The notes below the pieces were generated by a model. It worked only from the letters and a program-made list of their open reading frames with translations. It did no database searches and was not told the DNA's origin. From a virus (taxonomy: Duplodnaviria; Caudoviricetes), in IMG/VR virus record IMGVR_UViG_3300044833_000060, positions 918-64,917 of that record: a stretch of 64,000 nt of DNA, one strand, 5' to 3'. Position numbers and translations under genes: made by a program. Positions 49,349 to 59,600 of this stretch are shown in pieces. Numbering within the stretch: the stretch's first letter is position 1; each line of letters opens with the position of its first letter.

Positions 49349-51018
49349 TGAAAGCTATCTTCGCGGGTCTCTTATTTGTGTCGATTGCTTCGGCGCAGAT
49401 GATTTTCAATGGTGCGCCCGGATTCTCCGTGCCCAACGATCCCACGGTTGGCACCACGTTAAATGGCACAGCAATCATCGGTTCGACTGGGGCCATCGGA
49501 GCGACCACGACCGCAGCCCAACAAATCTACATCGTGGTAGACAATGCTGGAACGACTGGCAGTGCAACCTTAGCTTATTCCGGGATCGCTAAATGTACCT
49601 TCGACACCTCAGTTCCTAATGCAGCGAACTACTTCGTCATTGAATCTCCTTCGTTCAATGGTCAGTGTCATGCGCAACCAACCGCTCCCACCAGTGGATG
49701 GGTTATCGGTTTCCTTTACGATTCCTTAACGACCATCGGACAGACTTCGCGCGTCATCGTCTCCCCATTCCCGATCAGCGGTGTTGGTTCTATCCCTGTG
49801 CCTCTTATGGTGGGCGGCACATCGTTCATCGGGTTCACGGAAGATCCGTTTTGCGCCATCAATTCTCCCTTAGATATTCTCTGCGACCTGAATGTCGGAG
49901 GAGGAAATTCAGAACTTGTTTTCAATGCGAACGGCGCGAATCAAATCCTCGCCTATACCAACGTTCCCCAAGGCTTTACCGCATTACAAACATTCATCGC
50001 CGGCCTTACCGCAACTGGGCCGATAAATGCGAACGGTGGATTGAGTACAACGACACTGAGTGCGACTGGACCCGTCACCGCTAGCGCAGGGATCACCACA
50101 ACGACACTCGGAACTACGGGGCCAGGGGCTGGCGGAAATGCTGAAACGCAGGGAGCAGTTCCGAATTTGGCCGCGTCCCCGAACAGCATCATCGTTAACG
50201 GTGCCCCGAACTCTGTCACTTCGCCTTACTTTCAATATTGGCCGGGTGCGCCGGGGACGGGATTGTTTCTCGGTACAGCCTCAGCCGCGGCTACTTTCGG
50301 AACTTGCGTGTTTAGTGCTGGTGCAGTTACTTCGTGTCCCGTCAGTTCTGGTGGCACCTATGGCGAGACGCCTGGATGCTGGTTAACTGGCGGCGGCGGT
50401 ACTGGGGCTCTCTGCACGTTCACGATGTCCGGTACTGCAATCGCTACAGTGGTGATATCTCCCGGCGGCGTTGCATACACTTCGGCTCCAACGGTGAACG
50501 CGACCAAGGAAGTCGCAGTCTCTCAAGTTCCCTTGCCAATTAGCGGCGCGGTCACGGCGGCGGATGTAACCTGCGGCACTGGCGGAACGATTTCTTCCTG
50601 CGCGTCGGCCACAACAATTCCGGGACTGAGTTTCACCCTGCCCTTACTGGCTACGAACTGGACGATGGACTGTGATTTAGTCGTAGGTCAGGCCACGGCG
50701 GCAACGGCAAATCAGTGGCTCATTCAAACCGCAACCAACGGCGTAACTAATACCACTGCCTCCTACACAATGGCCACCGCAGCTACGGCAGCTATGGCGG
50801 TTGGCGCGGTCACCGATCAAGCCTCGACTACCACAGCCTTTCAAATCTCGCCATCGTGGACGCTGGGCGGCACTGCGACCAAGATGCCGGTGCACATCCA
50901 CGCGCTACTTGAAGGGGTTTCGGTATCTGGAACCGTGGTCAATCTGCAGGTGCTCGCGCCGACCGTGGCCGACCTGCTCACCATTTACCGAGGGGCTTCG
51001 TGCTCACTGCATCAGTGA
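49348..51018 (+). CDS. Exported fibre-like protein
   Basis: Signal peptide MKAIFAGLLFVSIASA|Q; SSGGTY..TP....GGGGTGA and GG..YTSAPTV motifs; GLSFTL...LTIYRGASC tip; TAATG coupling. Confidence 0.65.
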   Translation: MKAIFAGLLFVSIASAQMIFNGAPGFSVPNDPTVGTTLNGTAIIGSTGAIGATTTAAQQIYIVVDNAGTTGSATLAYSGIAKCTFDTSVPNAANYFVIESPSFNGQCHAQPTAPTSGWVIGFLYDSLTTIGQTSRVIVSPFPISGVGSIPVPLMVGGTSFIGFTEDPFCAINSPLDILCDLNVGGGNSELVFNANGANQILAYTNVPQGFTALQTFIAGLTATGPINANGGLSTTTLSATGPVTASAGITTTTLGTTGPGAGGNAETQGAVPNLAASPNSIIVNGAPNSVTSPYFQYWPGAPGTGLFLGTASAAATFGTCVFSAGAVTSCPVSSGGTYGETPGCWLTGGGGTGALCTFTMSGTAIATVVISPGGVAYTSAPTVNATKEVAVSQVPLPISGAVTAADVTCGTGGTISSCASATTIPGLSFTLPLLATNWTMDCDLVVGQATAATANQWLIQTATNGVTNTTASYTMATAATAAMAVGAVTDQASTTTAFQISPSWTLGGTATKMPVHIHALLEGVSVSGTVVNLQVLAPTVADLLTIYRGASCSLHQ

Positions 51019-52874
51019 TGACTTACGTAAGACAGATTCTCGTAGCCGTGCTGCTCTGTGGCCTGAGTTACGCCCAGATCGGCCTCAACACTCCCGTGCA
51101 GATGAATGTGTGGGCCGTCCCCTATACGACATCCACTTATAGTCCAGATGGCCTCAACGTAGCCTGCCCGAACGGTGGAGGGGCGGTCGATACCTTTTTA
51201 GCGGCCAATGCTAGAGCAACCATCCTTCCGGGAACGGCGCGATGTGTCGATCAGACTCCTTCCGCAGGACCGTACTCAAGTCCGACCTACTCGTGGACCG
51301 GCTTCGACGCGATGGCGTTGAACTATCTGAATTCTTCGACCGGGCTTGCGGGAACCAGCGCCAATGCGACCGGACATCTTGCATTCGTGGTTCAGCATCA
51401 GGCGAATCCATCGCTCTCGCCTCCCGGCTACACCCCGCCCTACATCGTTACCCAAGGCTGGGCCGATGCCGCAATCTGCGGAACGGTGAATTCTCCCATC
51501 GGCTTTCTGTGGGCGGCAAATCAGATTTATCAAGCAGGCTGGCAAACCTGTTTCAAGATCAGCGGCACGAATTACTACTTTCAGACCACCAATGCTATTT
51601 CCTGCCTAACCGGATCGTCCACGCCCGCATTTACCATCGGCGGCACCAATATTTCGGATGGGGGATGCGTCTGGAACTACGTTGGGATCCATGCTCTACC
51701 TCAGGATGTAGTGACCAATGGGTGCTCCTCGACTGGCACTTACGGATTTGTGGCGCCGTGGCAAGCCGGTCAGCCTTATTCTCTCGGAAATCAGGTTACA
51801 GCCGCAACGCTGGTCACGGGAGGAGTTTGCTACAAAGTCACAACCGCTGGCACCAGTGGCGGCAGTCAGCCGGCTTGTATCACTACGAACACCTGCGGCG
51901 CGACCGTTACCGACAATACGGTGACTTGGACCAAGGAAACCTCCAACGTCGTTCTCAATGCCACCACTGAGACGGGAGCGCCGGATTCTACTTGCACGGG
52001 ATGCGGAACGGCCGGGTCGGCGAGCGTCTTAGCGCAAAGTTTCTTAGTGCCATTTGAGCAACCGTACATGGTGTGGGTGGCGCGGCTCAATCGCGATGTC
52101 ATGATCCATACCTTAGCGGCGAACTATGGCCAGTATGTGGACTACGAGCGCTTTGGCTGGTCTCTGGGCGGAGAACATTCCCCCGAACTGATGACCATTG
52201 TCGAAACCGTTCTGCCTGTCGCCTTTCAAGATGACGAATCCCTGGAAGCGGAATGGGTGGGTGGGGCGGAAGTCATGATGCGATTGAATTCGGCCTGGTG
52301 GGTGAATCATTGCCAAGGGACCGGCGGCTGCAATTTCAAAATGGTGGCGGCGGTGAATTGTGGTGCGGGACTTCCGAATACTCCCGGCGGGGTGGATTGT
52401 ACTTGGGCTGCGGACGAAGCTCTCTATGCCGCCAGTTTGCCGGGTTACATCGTCGGATCGAATGGGGTAGCAGGGTTTCAATGCAATGGCTGCACTCAGC
52501 CTGGCGACCTTACGGCCAACGCCTCAGGCGCGCCAACCTCAAACGGAAATAGCCTCTGGCATCCGCTTCTCTACGGCAAAACCACAATCATTGAGCAGAT
52601 GGCGAATTGCTCGACTCCGGTCTCGACCTGCCCACAAGCCTCATCCGGAACGGCGGTCGGGGATCTACGAGTGATCTTGCCGTTCGCTACTCAGTCTGGA
52701 GTAAACATTTTGGAGATTTACGAGAAAGACTGGAAATGTGCGTTTCTCGGCACCAGTTGTTCAACGCAAGCCAGTTACTTACAAGCCTTCATCAATGCTT
52801 CGCAGGGAATCCCTACAGCCACCGGACAGACGGTTGGATCGGGAAATAGTGTTGGCGCGGGGACCATGCAATGA
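51018..52874 (+). CDS. Exported glycan-active protein with CBM5/12-like inserts
   Basis: Signal peptide MTYVRQILVAVLLCGLSYA|Q; YSWTGFD; WAANQIY...DGGCVW and WQAGQPYSLGNQV...AGTSGGSQP...DNTVTW; LEIYEKDW. Confidence 0.65.
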   Translation: MTYVRQILVAVLLCGLSYAQIGLNTPVQMNVWAVPYTTSTYSPDGLNVACPNGGGAVDTFLAANARATILPGTARCVDQTPSAGPYSSPTYSWTGFDAMALNYLNSSTGLAGTSANATGHLAFVVQHQANPSLSPPGYTPPYIVTQGWADAAICGTVNSPIGFLWAANQIYQAGWQTCFKISGTNYYFQTTNAISCLTGSSTPAFTIGGTNISDGGCVWNYVGIHALPQDVVTNGCSSTGTYGFVAPWQAGQPYSLGNQVTAATLVTGGVCYKVTTAGTSGGSQPACITTNTCGATVTDNTVTWTKETSNVVLNATTETGAPDSTCTGCGTAGSASVLAQSFLVPFEQPYMVWVARLNRDVMIHTLAANYGQYVDYERFGWSLGGEHSPELMTIVETVLPVAFQDDESLEAEWVGGAEVMMRLNSAWWVNHCQGTGGCNFKMVAAVNCGAGLPNTPGGVDCTWAADEALYAASLPGYIVGSNGVAGFQCNGCTQPGDLTANASGAPTSNGNSLWHPLLYGKTTIIEQMANCSTPVSTCPQASSGTAVGDLRVILPFATQSGVNILEIYEKDWKCAFLGTSCSTQASYLQAFINASQGIPTATGQTVGSGNSVGAGTMQ

Positions 52875-55183
52875 AAAAACTCTTACTGATCTTCCTTTCG
52901 ATAGCCGGCCTCGCTGCGGCGCAGACCCAAATCAATTCGACTCCTAATCCGGTGACCGCCTTAGTGCTACCCGCTCTCACCGTGCCCCTGAGCGCCGTTC
53001 CTGTGACCATGCAATGCCTGACCGTACTGACGGATGGTACACAGAGCACCCCAGCGCTCTTGGCCGTATGGTCCAGTTCCAATCCTGCAGTAGCCACCAT
53101 CGTCTCTGGGCTGAATGGAGTGGCAACCATTGGCCTAGTTGCAGCGGGTACTACCACGATTTCCTGCTTCATGAGCGGGAAGACCGGATCAAATACTCTG
53201 ACGGTTACTGCCACCCCGACTATCACCGCTCCGAGCTGTGGAACGCCGCCCTGCGCTTTGCCGGGTGGAAGCAATGGCGCGGCATATACCAGTTCACTGG
53301 CTGCGACGGGTGGCGTGTTGCCTTATACCTGGACTTGCCCGACCACATGCAGTAAGCCAGCATGGTTAAGCATCAATGCTTCCACGGGCGCTTTGACCGG
53401 CACAGCAGCTACCGGCAGCACGACTTTTACCATTCAGGTGTGCGATAGCACCAGCCCTACTCCATCCTGCAATACGCTTTCGGTCACTCTTGCGGTGACT
53501 AGCAGTTGTGGACCTCCGACATACAGTTGCTCACGAACCGACACTTCACCCCTATCTTATGCCGCTTCCCTTGTTCCTCCTCAAATGGGAGCGAATTCCT
53601 GTAGCGCGGGAAGTTTGGCAGCCTGCGGAAACCTGGTCGGAGCTGGAACCTTAGTCAACGACCCGTTCTTGTCGAATCCGGTCATGCGCCTTACCGATAA
53701 CACTACGAGTCGGGCGGACCAGCCGAACGTCACCAACGTTGCCGATATCAGCGGATCGGGCGATGAGATGCATTTCAGTTGCGACTCGTCCATGGTTACC
53801 GTGGGAAGTATTAATAGTTGGGCCTTCCCCATGAATTTCACCTGGGGTTCGGCACCCACGAAGATGTACGCCACCTCGTTCGGAAATGGCGGACTCTACT
53901 TCTCGGGTGCGAATGGCGGCATGGCATGGGGCCACGTATGTCCGAGCAATGCCAACGTTCTATACATCCTGAATGGCACCGTGTTGGGGCATTATAACCT
54001 TGCGGGAAATTGCCCGACGTGTACCGCGCCATCCGTGGTTACCGACTTTGACTTCGCCAGTTCCGCGAATTGCTTGGGAACCTATACGTCCACTTGGGCG
54101 GATTTTGGTGGAGGCGATCAGTTTGATACGGACTATGCTGTTGGCTTTTCAAAAACCGGTGGACAGGGTACAGGAACGAAATTAGCGGTCTGGCGCAAAG
54201 GCTTTGGCTGTCGCGTACTCGATACTTCCACGGATACCGTGACTGGCGATTGGGGTCCGACCGGCGTCATTCCCGGCACGCCCTGCACCGGAACCATTCA
54301 CAACGACAAGATTGCCAAGGTTGGCGGGAGCGCCGGATCTGTTCTCTGGGCAATCACGGGCGCATCGGCGGGATGTGGAACGTCAGCGGCAACCCAACCG
54401 TGGCAGTGGAATTATGCCAGCTCTACCTTGACCGGAAGCATTTCTTCGGCCTGCACCGGAGTTCATTGTTCTGGCCATTGGACCGAGGGATTATCCACCT
54501 TCGCGAACAATCCTGGCGATGTTGCTCCGAATGCACTGACGGTCAGACCTTTAACCACTCCCGGAACAGGAACTGGCATCACTCCGGTTTATCCCGTGGT
54601 TGCGCCAACGGACTCCCATTTCGGCTGGAACCAACTCATCGACTCGCAACCATTCTTAGGAACCTTTTCGCGCTTTACCGGCTTACCTCCCGTGGCCGCA
54701 TGGGAAAACGAGGTAGTCGGCTTCCAGCCCATTTCGAGCGGCAAGCAGTATCGCTTCGCCTCCACCTATAACACTGGAGTGAGTCCCTATTTCTCTACCC
54801 AATACGCGATCGGCAGCGTTTCCCAGGACGGCAAGTATTTCATATTCTCTTCCGACTGGATGAACACACTGGGCTCCATCAGCGGCGGAAGTACCTGCGT
54901 TCCTCACGGCCCGAATTGGGCAGCTTCCACTGTCTACGCGGCTACGCCCTACTTGTCGAGTTTCCCTGCCAATGGCGGGGTCATCAAGCCGACTTCAGGA
55001 AATGCTGGTGGATATTCCTACAAAGCCTCCACTGCCGGTACGAGTGGATTAGCGCCTCCTACGTGGCCACAGACAGTTGGTGGAACCGTTGCCGATGGCA
55101 GCACCTTGGTCTGGACAAACGTTGACGCCGAAGGGACAACGAAAGCCTGTCGCGGTGATGTATTTGTCGTCCTCTTGCAGTAA
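52871..55183 (+). CDS. Exported Big_2 plus He_PIG Ig-like plus beta-propeller/CBM protein
   Basis: Signal peptide MKKLLLIFLSIAGLAAA|Q; WSSSNPAVATI; LAATGG..PYTW...P.WLSINASTGALTGT; SVSQDGKYFIFSSDW; RGDVFVV. Confidence 0.75.
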   Translation: MKKLLLIFLSIAGLAAAQTQINSTPNPVTALVLPALTVPLSAVPVTMQCLTVLTDGTQSTPALLAVWSSSNPAVATIVSGLNGVATIGLVAAGTTTISCFMSGKTGSNTLTVTATPTITAPSCGTPPCALPGGSNGAAYTSSLAATGGVLPYTWTCPTTCSKPAWLSINASTGALTGTAATGSTTFTIQVCDSTSPTPSCNTLSVTLAVTSSCGPPTYSCSRTDTSPLSYAASLVPPQMGANSCSAGSLAACGNLVGAGTLVNDPFLSNPVMRLTDNTTSRADQPNVTNVADISGSGDEMHFSCDSSMVTVGSINSWAFPMNFTWGSAPTKMYATSFGNGGLYFSGANGGMAWGHVCPSNANVLYILNGTVLGHYNLAGNCPTCTAPSVVTDFDFASSANCLGTYTSTWADFGGGDQFDTDYAVGFSKTGGQGTGTKLAVWRKGFGCRVLDTSTDTVTGDWGPTGVIPGTPCTGTIHNDKIAKVGGSAGSVLWAITGASAGCGTSAATQPWQWNYASSTLTGSISSACTGVHCSGHWTEGLSTFANNPGDVAPNALTVRPLTTPGTGTGITPVYPVVAPTDSHFGWNQLIDSQPFLGTFSRFTGLPPVAAWENEVVGFQPISSGKQYRFASTYNTGVSPYFSTQYAIGSVSQDGKYFIFSSDWMNTLGSISGGSTCVPHGPNWAASTVYAATPYLSSFPANGGVIKPTSGNAGGYSYKASTAGTSGLAPPTWPQTVGGTVADGSTLVWTNVDAEGTTKACRGDVFVVLLQ

Positions 55184-55205
55184 TTGAAAAGAAGGAGTTT
55201 CTCAA

Positions 55206-55565
55206 ATGAAAACTGTACACACACTGATCATCGCAGGGGCAATCATTATAGCCGGAGCGCTGGCTGGACTCGCGCAAAGCTATGGCGGATTCACCTTCGG
55301 CCCGATTGCCCCAGCCGTGGCGAATTGCCCCATTGGTCAGGCAAATTACGCCACATTGTGCTCCGTGGGAACGTCACCAACGAGCTACGCGACCTACGTC
55401 AGTTACAACTTGGGAGCATACCAACCCCTGATCCCGCCTCCTGCTCCAGTAGGCGTGACTTCCTTCAATAAGCGCACTGGAGACATTCAATTGACGGATC
55501 TGGACGTGCAACAGGCTGGCGTAAAAGTCTCTACGACCGTGACGGCAGTTTCTACCGTTCAGTAA
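55206..55565 (+). CDS. Small exported protein with phage-tail-repeat-like motif
   Basis: AAGGAG RBS; signal peptide ...GALAGLA|Q; GVTSFNKRTGDIQLT.LDV. Confidence 0.65.
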   Translation: MKTVHTLIIAGAIIIAGALAGLAQSYGGFTFGPIAPAVANCPIGQANYATLCSVGTSPTSYATYVSYNLGAYQPLIPPPAPVGVTSFNKRTGDIQLTDLDVQQAGVKVSTTVTAVSTVQ

Positions 55566-55684
55566 GAGCGTGGTGGTCTAGTTGGTCCTGAGGTTTGTGG
55601 CACCAGAATTTAGGCGGCGTTTGTTCATCATGCTCTAGGATTCGAGTCGGATCGGCGCACGTGGTTACCTCTTCGTTCTCCAAT

Positions 55685-56047
55685 TTACCCAAGCAATTGC
55701 ATTCGGTATGGGGATCGCCAATTTCTCCAGAACACGTCATTGCGTAAGCGCATCTCCGTCTTGCGGGTCACCTTGACGGCTGGCACGTCGGGCGGCTCGG
55801 GCGCGTCGCATGACGGAATTTTTGGCACAATACCTACTTGCTGAAGGCTGCCTGTATAGCAAGCTACTGACTCCACTTTTTCACCGCATTCGTCTGGGAA
55901 GATGTCTTTGATAGCCTTCGTGGATTTCCCGAAGGTGATTGTTTTGTCACAACTATCGGTTGTCGTCGGCAGAATGGTATGGTTTTCGGTTGTTTGCCCT
56001 ACTGCTGTACCCACCAAAACCAGCAATGCTAAAAAGTAAGGTCTCAT
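55685..56047 (-). CDS. Small exported Cys-containing protein (possibly frameshifted)
   Basis: MRPYFLALLVLVGTAVG|Q signal peptide. Confidence 0.55.
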   Translation of the reverse strand: MRPYFLALLVLVGTAVGQTTENHTILPTTTDSCDKTITFGKSTKAIKDIFPDECGEKVESVACYTGSLQQVGIVPKIPSCDAPEPPDVPAVKVTRKTEMRLRNDVFWRNWRSPYRMQLLG

Positions 56048-56367
56048 CGTCCAACCTCGTCTTTCCTTGGCAGCCGACATGATGGCTTGTGTTTATGATC
56101 TTCAGAGCCGCCCGAGATTTCCCCATTCTTCGACGCGCCCATGACACCGCCGTCAGGTAAGACTTGCACATATCCTACCGGGCATTGCCAAAATCCTGGC
56201 ATTGCATATTTATCCCAGTACGGGTGGGCAATCCACAATGGGTCTGGGTTTTCTCCAGTCGCGTGCGGCACAGGATAAGTCCCGTGAGTCTGGGTACGCT
56301 GCGTCTGACTTTCGCATCGTGCCAGTCCCAAGCAAAGTACCAGTAGTGCCAAAAAGTAAGTTTTCAT
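56044..56367 (-). CDS. Small exported Cys-containing protein
   Basis: MKTYFLALLVLCLGLARCES|Q; GGAGAG RBS. Confidence 0.55.
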   Translation of the reverse strand: MKTYFLALLVLCLGLARCESQTQRTQTHGTYPVPHATGENPDPLWIAHPYWDKYAMPGFWQCPVGYVQVLPDGGVMGASKNGEISGGSEDHKHKPSCRLPRKDEVGR

Positions 56368-57107
56368 TTCTCCTCCAATACTTTCTTTACAGCGGGATCG
56401 CCTCCTCTTTCAAATACAGCATTTTCCGCAGTGATTTGAGGGGTCTGGACAGTGGCACTCACAAGCGCATAAGTGCGGCCACATGATCTCAATTCCTGAG
56501 TAGGTGCGACTGCGCCGAATCGTCAACCTTGGCAAATAGCGCCAAAACTTCCAAAGTTTCAGTCTCAGTTTCATTTCCCTTTTTCCCTTTCGTCGCACCT
56601 GTTTCAATCCTTCGTAGATTCTTTACTTGGGAGAGCCGGGCTTTCACCTCGAAAGATGCTGAATTGCCTGTAATATCTGGTCGAGCATCAAACACAATCC
56701 AACGGAGGTTACGCAAAGCACCGCAAATATCCCCAGTAGTAATTTCTCGTTCATATCGGAGCGTTCCTCTTCCTGCGTTGCCATTCACTTCTCCTCTTTC
56801 TTCCTTGTTTGATCTCGGAAGTTCAGCCGCGTGGTAACCTCTCCCTCTCGATACGCGGCCTATGAGCGGAGTCAATCAGTTCAAAACGGCCAACGGTAGT
56901 AAGCGCAAATTATCCAGAGCAGCCCAAGGACGATAAGGAGGAAGCCTGGGAACATGTCGGAATTTATAAAATTAAACATTGGAATCAGGAGTACTAAACG
57001 TTTAATAATGTTCAACAGTCTCTGGAAGTTTGTCAATTTTCACTTCCTGTTCTGCTCGTTCTTCTGAGCGATTGGCGTTGATCCGCAGACTTCACGGTGT
57101 TTGATTT

Positions 57108-57847
57108 CTACTCGAAATCTGCTCGATCAATATTTGGCCATCTGGCGTGAAAGGCTTTCCAGCGCTCCTCCACGGTTAACGGACGTGTGCGCCAATGACC
57201 GCCAAAGATCAATGCCGCTGGCACCGTGAAGGGACCACCTGCGGAAAACACTACTGACGCCATAAGAACGTCGTGGGTTGGGGCGCGATACGTAAAACCG
57301 CCCAATAACATGCCGTAATTGAAGTAGCTGCATATGAGCCAAATTGCCGCAAGCCTGAACCAATTAATTCTTTTCATACTTCTCCTTTGTTTGATCTGGG
57401 ACGGGAGGGGCTGGGAGTTCGCGCTCGGCACGCTGGCGATCCACAATCCTGTCGGATTTATACATAACAAATAGACACAGCAAACCTATTGCCGCTATCA
57501 TCTCTTCGAATTGTCCGCTATACATCAAAACACCCACCACAAAAAGTAAAGCCATGGGTGCGATCAGACCAAAAAGTAAGGTGATGCCCTCTACGATATT
57601 CCGCAGTCGTCTCATGGTCTCAACTCTCTTTCTCTTTCGTTTCTTCTGATGAGGGGACGGACGCGGCCACTTTTACGTCTTTCCGCAAATCTTCATCCAT
57701 CCACTCAGCTAGGTGCCAGAACACTACGCCAAGAGGGCATAGACCATATACAAATTGCAGTATTGAAATGCTAGGGTCTTTTACGCCTCCCAAAAGCATA
57801 GCTACGGCTGCTATCCGCATAATCATAGGAGGTATTTTCAACATCAT
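57108..57847 (-). other. Cluster of three small membrane-protein ORFs (57108-57470, 57364-57615, 57620-57847)
   Basis: Each ORF has two hydrophobic segments. Confidence 0.5.
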
Positions 57848-58521
57848 GTCGATTCCTTTCGTGTTGGCGTTGAGGGGAGAGCCGCCACACCCGCCAACGG
57901 GGGAAGAGGTATTGAACGTTGCCCCGCTTCGTAGGCTTCTGCCAAACCTACCGCGAGTAATGGGATTGCGTCCTCTGGAGCCCAGCCAATTTCCACGCCG
58001 CCCATATTGACGAGCGCTGCGGCCTCATGGACCTGATCGTGAAGCTCACCTGCTAACCTAGTGAACTTCTTGACTGTTTCGTCGCGCACTGTAATTAAAT
58101 CAGACTTTTCAGGTCGGGGAGCCACTACGACGGATCGGGCTCCAGCGTCGGCACGGGGCCATCTGAAGAATGTCCAGCACATTGAGGTTTGTTTGGACAT
58201 GTAGCAGCCTAATTCATCCCGCTGAAGTTTGAGCTCAAACATTCGCGCCGGACCATTCTCGAATACTAGGCGAAGTTCTTCGTCAGGCATCAGCGTTTCT
58301 TCTCTTGCTGGTGAGGGCGCGTCAGTAACGAAGTGTTTCAATTTTAAGACGGCATCTTTCTGCGCTTCGTTCAGGTCGATCCAAATAGATGCATGATGTT
58401 CGTTCTTGGTGGGGCTGCTTTCTTCGAAGCCAATAGCGGCGCACGCGACCACGGCCAGATGCAATCTTTCCAGTGAACGATACAGCGATATTGACATTCT
58501 TTCTTCGGCGTTCATTTCCAT
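57844..58521 (-). CDS. Hypothetical mosaic phage protein
   Basis: GGAAGGG RBS; coupled to the downstream gene. Confidence 0.5.
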   Translation of the reverse strand: MEMNAEERMSISLYRSLERLHLAVVACAAIGFEESSPTKNEHHASIWIDLNEAQKDAVLKLKHFVTDAPSPAREETLMPDEELRLVFENGPARMFELKLQRDELGCYMSKQTSMCWTFFRWPRADAGARSVVVAPRPEKSDLITVRDETVKKFTRLAGELHDQVHEAAALVNMGGVEIGWAPEDAIPLLAVGLAEAYEAGQRSIPLPPLAGVAALPSTPTRKEST

Positions 58522-58572
58522 TCCCTTCCTGTCTCTTTTACTACCGCACCCTTGTGGACGCGCATTCTCCCG

Positions 58573-59373
58573 CTAATCTCGAAAAACCGCAGACTCCATA
58601 TATCGCAGGTATGCCTGTGTCATTTGATACGTTTGTTGCTGTTCAGTTAAAAGTCCCCACCAATCTAAAGCGAGTTGTTCATTCGTGGTTGCTGGTGAGG
58701 GCGTAGCCTCCGCGCCGATCAATGGTTGCCAGTGTGTGACGTGTAATGGTTCGTCGGGGCCGAAGCTCGAATAGAAACCCTCTTCGCCGGGATTAGCGTC
58801 CCAATAGTGCGCTACGTCTTGCCAAAGCGACTGCCGCTTGCCTCCGCACTCTCCGAAACCAATCTTGTTGTCAAAGTTTGCGACGATGATGTGCTCACCC
58901 GTTTTCGGCGCACTCTCAATCGGCATCCACCCTGAATGTGTCGTCGCAGCTTCCTTAGAGTAAGCCGCAACCCGCGATTGGCGTAAGTAGTCAGTCAATA
59001 CGATATCGTCGTCATCCGCGTTTGCTGGGATTGAGCAGCGCGCTTTGTCGGGCTTGTTGAAGTGTGAGTTGATGAGCCGCCGCGCCGCTTCAAGCGCACG
59101 CTCTACCGATACCTTTCTCGCAAATAATCCCTTATGCGGTTCCGGCGTGTTCCCGGCTGTCTCAGGTTTCGTCAACGTCATCTCCGTCTCCGCAATGAAT
59201 CGCTTGGTTTCGTCGTCGCACCATTGAGACTCAAGGAGCATAACTTTTCCCTTAATTGCGACTAGGCGGCGATGTACGTAAACTGTACCGTTATCGAAGA
59301 TTGGTTCGCCGCAGTGAATGCAAATCGCATTTGACGGCGTGTTCCCGGCTGTAGAGACTGGCTCGGATTTCAT
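58573..59373 (-). CDS. Mosaic phage protein with DUF551-like domain
   Basis: GWMPIESAPK.G..I...VTHWQPL; internal TAGNTP repeat. Confidence 0.65.
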   Translation of the reverse strand: MKSEPVSTAGNTPSNAICIHCGEPIFDNGTVYVHRRLVAIKGKVMLLESQWCDDETKRFIAETEMTLTKPETAGNTPEPHKGLFARKVSVERALEAARRLINSHFNKPDKARCSIPANADDDDIVLTDYLRQSRVAAYSKEAATTHSGWMPIESAPKTGEHIIVANFDNKIGFGECGGKRQSLWQDVAHYWDANPGEEGFYSSFGPDEPLHVTHWQPLIGAEATPSPATTNEQLALDWWGLLTEQQQTYQMTQAYLRYMESAVFRD

Positions 59374-59383
59374 AAATCCCCCC

Positions 59384-59554
59384 TTACTGAACTGCATGTT
59401 TGTGTTGATAGAACCATTGCATGATCTTTCGCCGCTCGTCGGCTGTTGAAGGATTCACGCCACAGGTGCAATTGATGGGTAGCGAGTCATCCCACACCCG
59501 GAGCAGCCAGTACCGATACTTGCGATCATCTGACAGGTAGGCGTCACTTCTCAT
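59384..59554 (-). pseudogene. Truncated DUF1643-like gene
   Basis: AYLSDDRKYRYWLLRVWD......GVNPSTAD matches the DUF1643 N-terminus, then ends after ~56 aa. Confidence 0.6.
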
Positions 59555-59600
59555 TATTTCCTCCAAGAACGCGACCGCTAGCTTCGGACAGGCTCGGATT

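Noticed and set aside
45111-51017. ORF-track starts at 45111, 47681, 49339 and 51000
   Set aside because: These upstream extensions overlap neighbouring genes; downstream ATGs (45204, 47804, 49348, 51018) give stop-start coupling and/or clean signal peptides.
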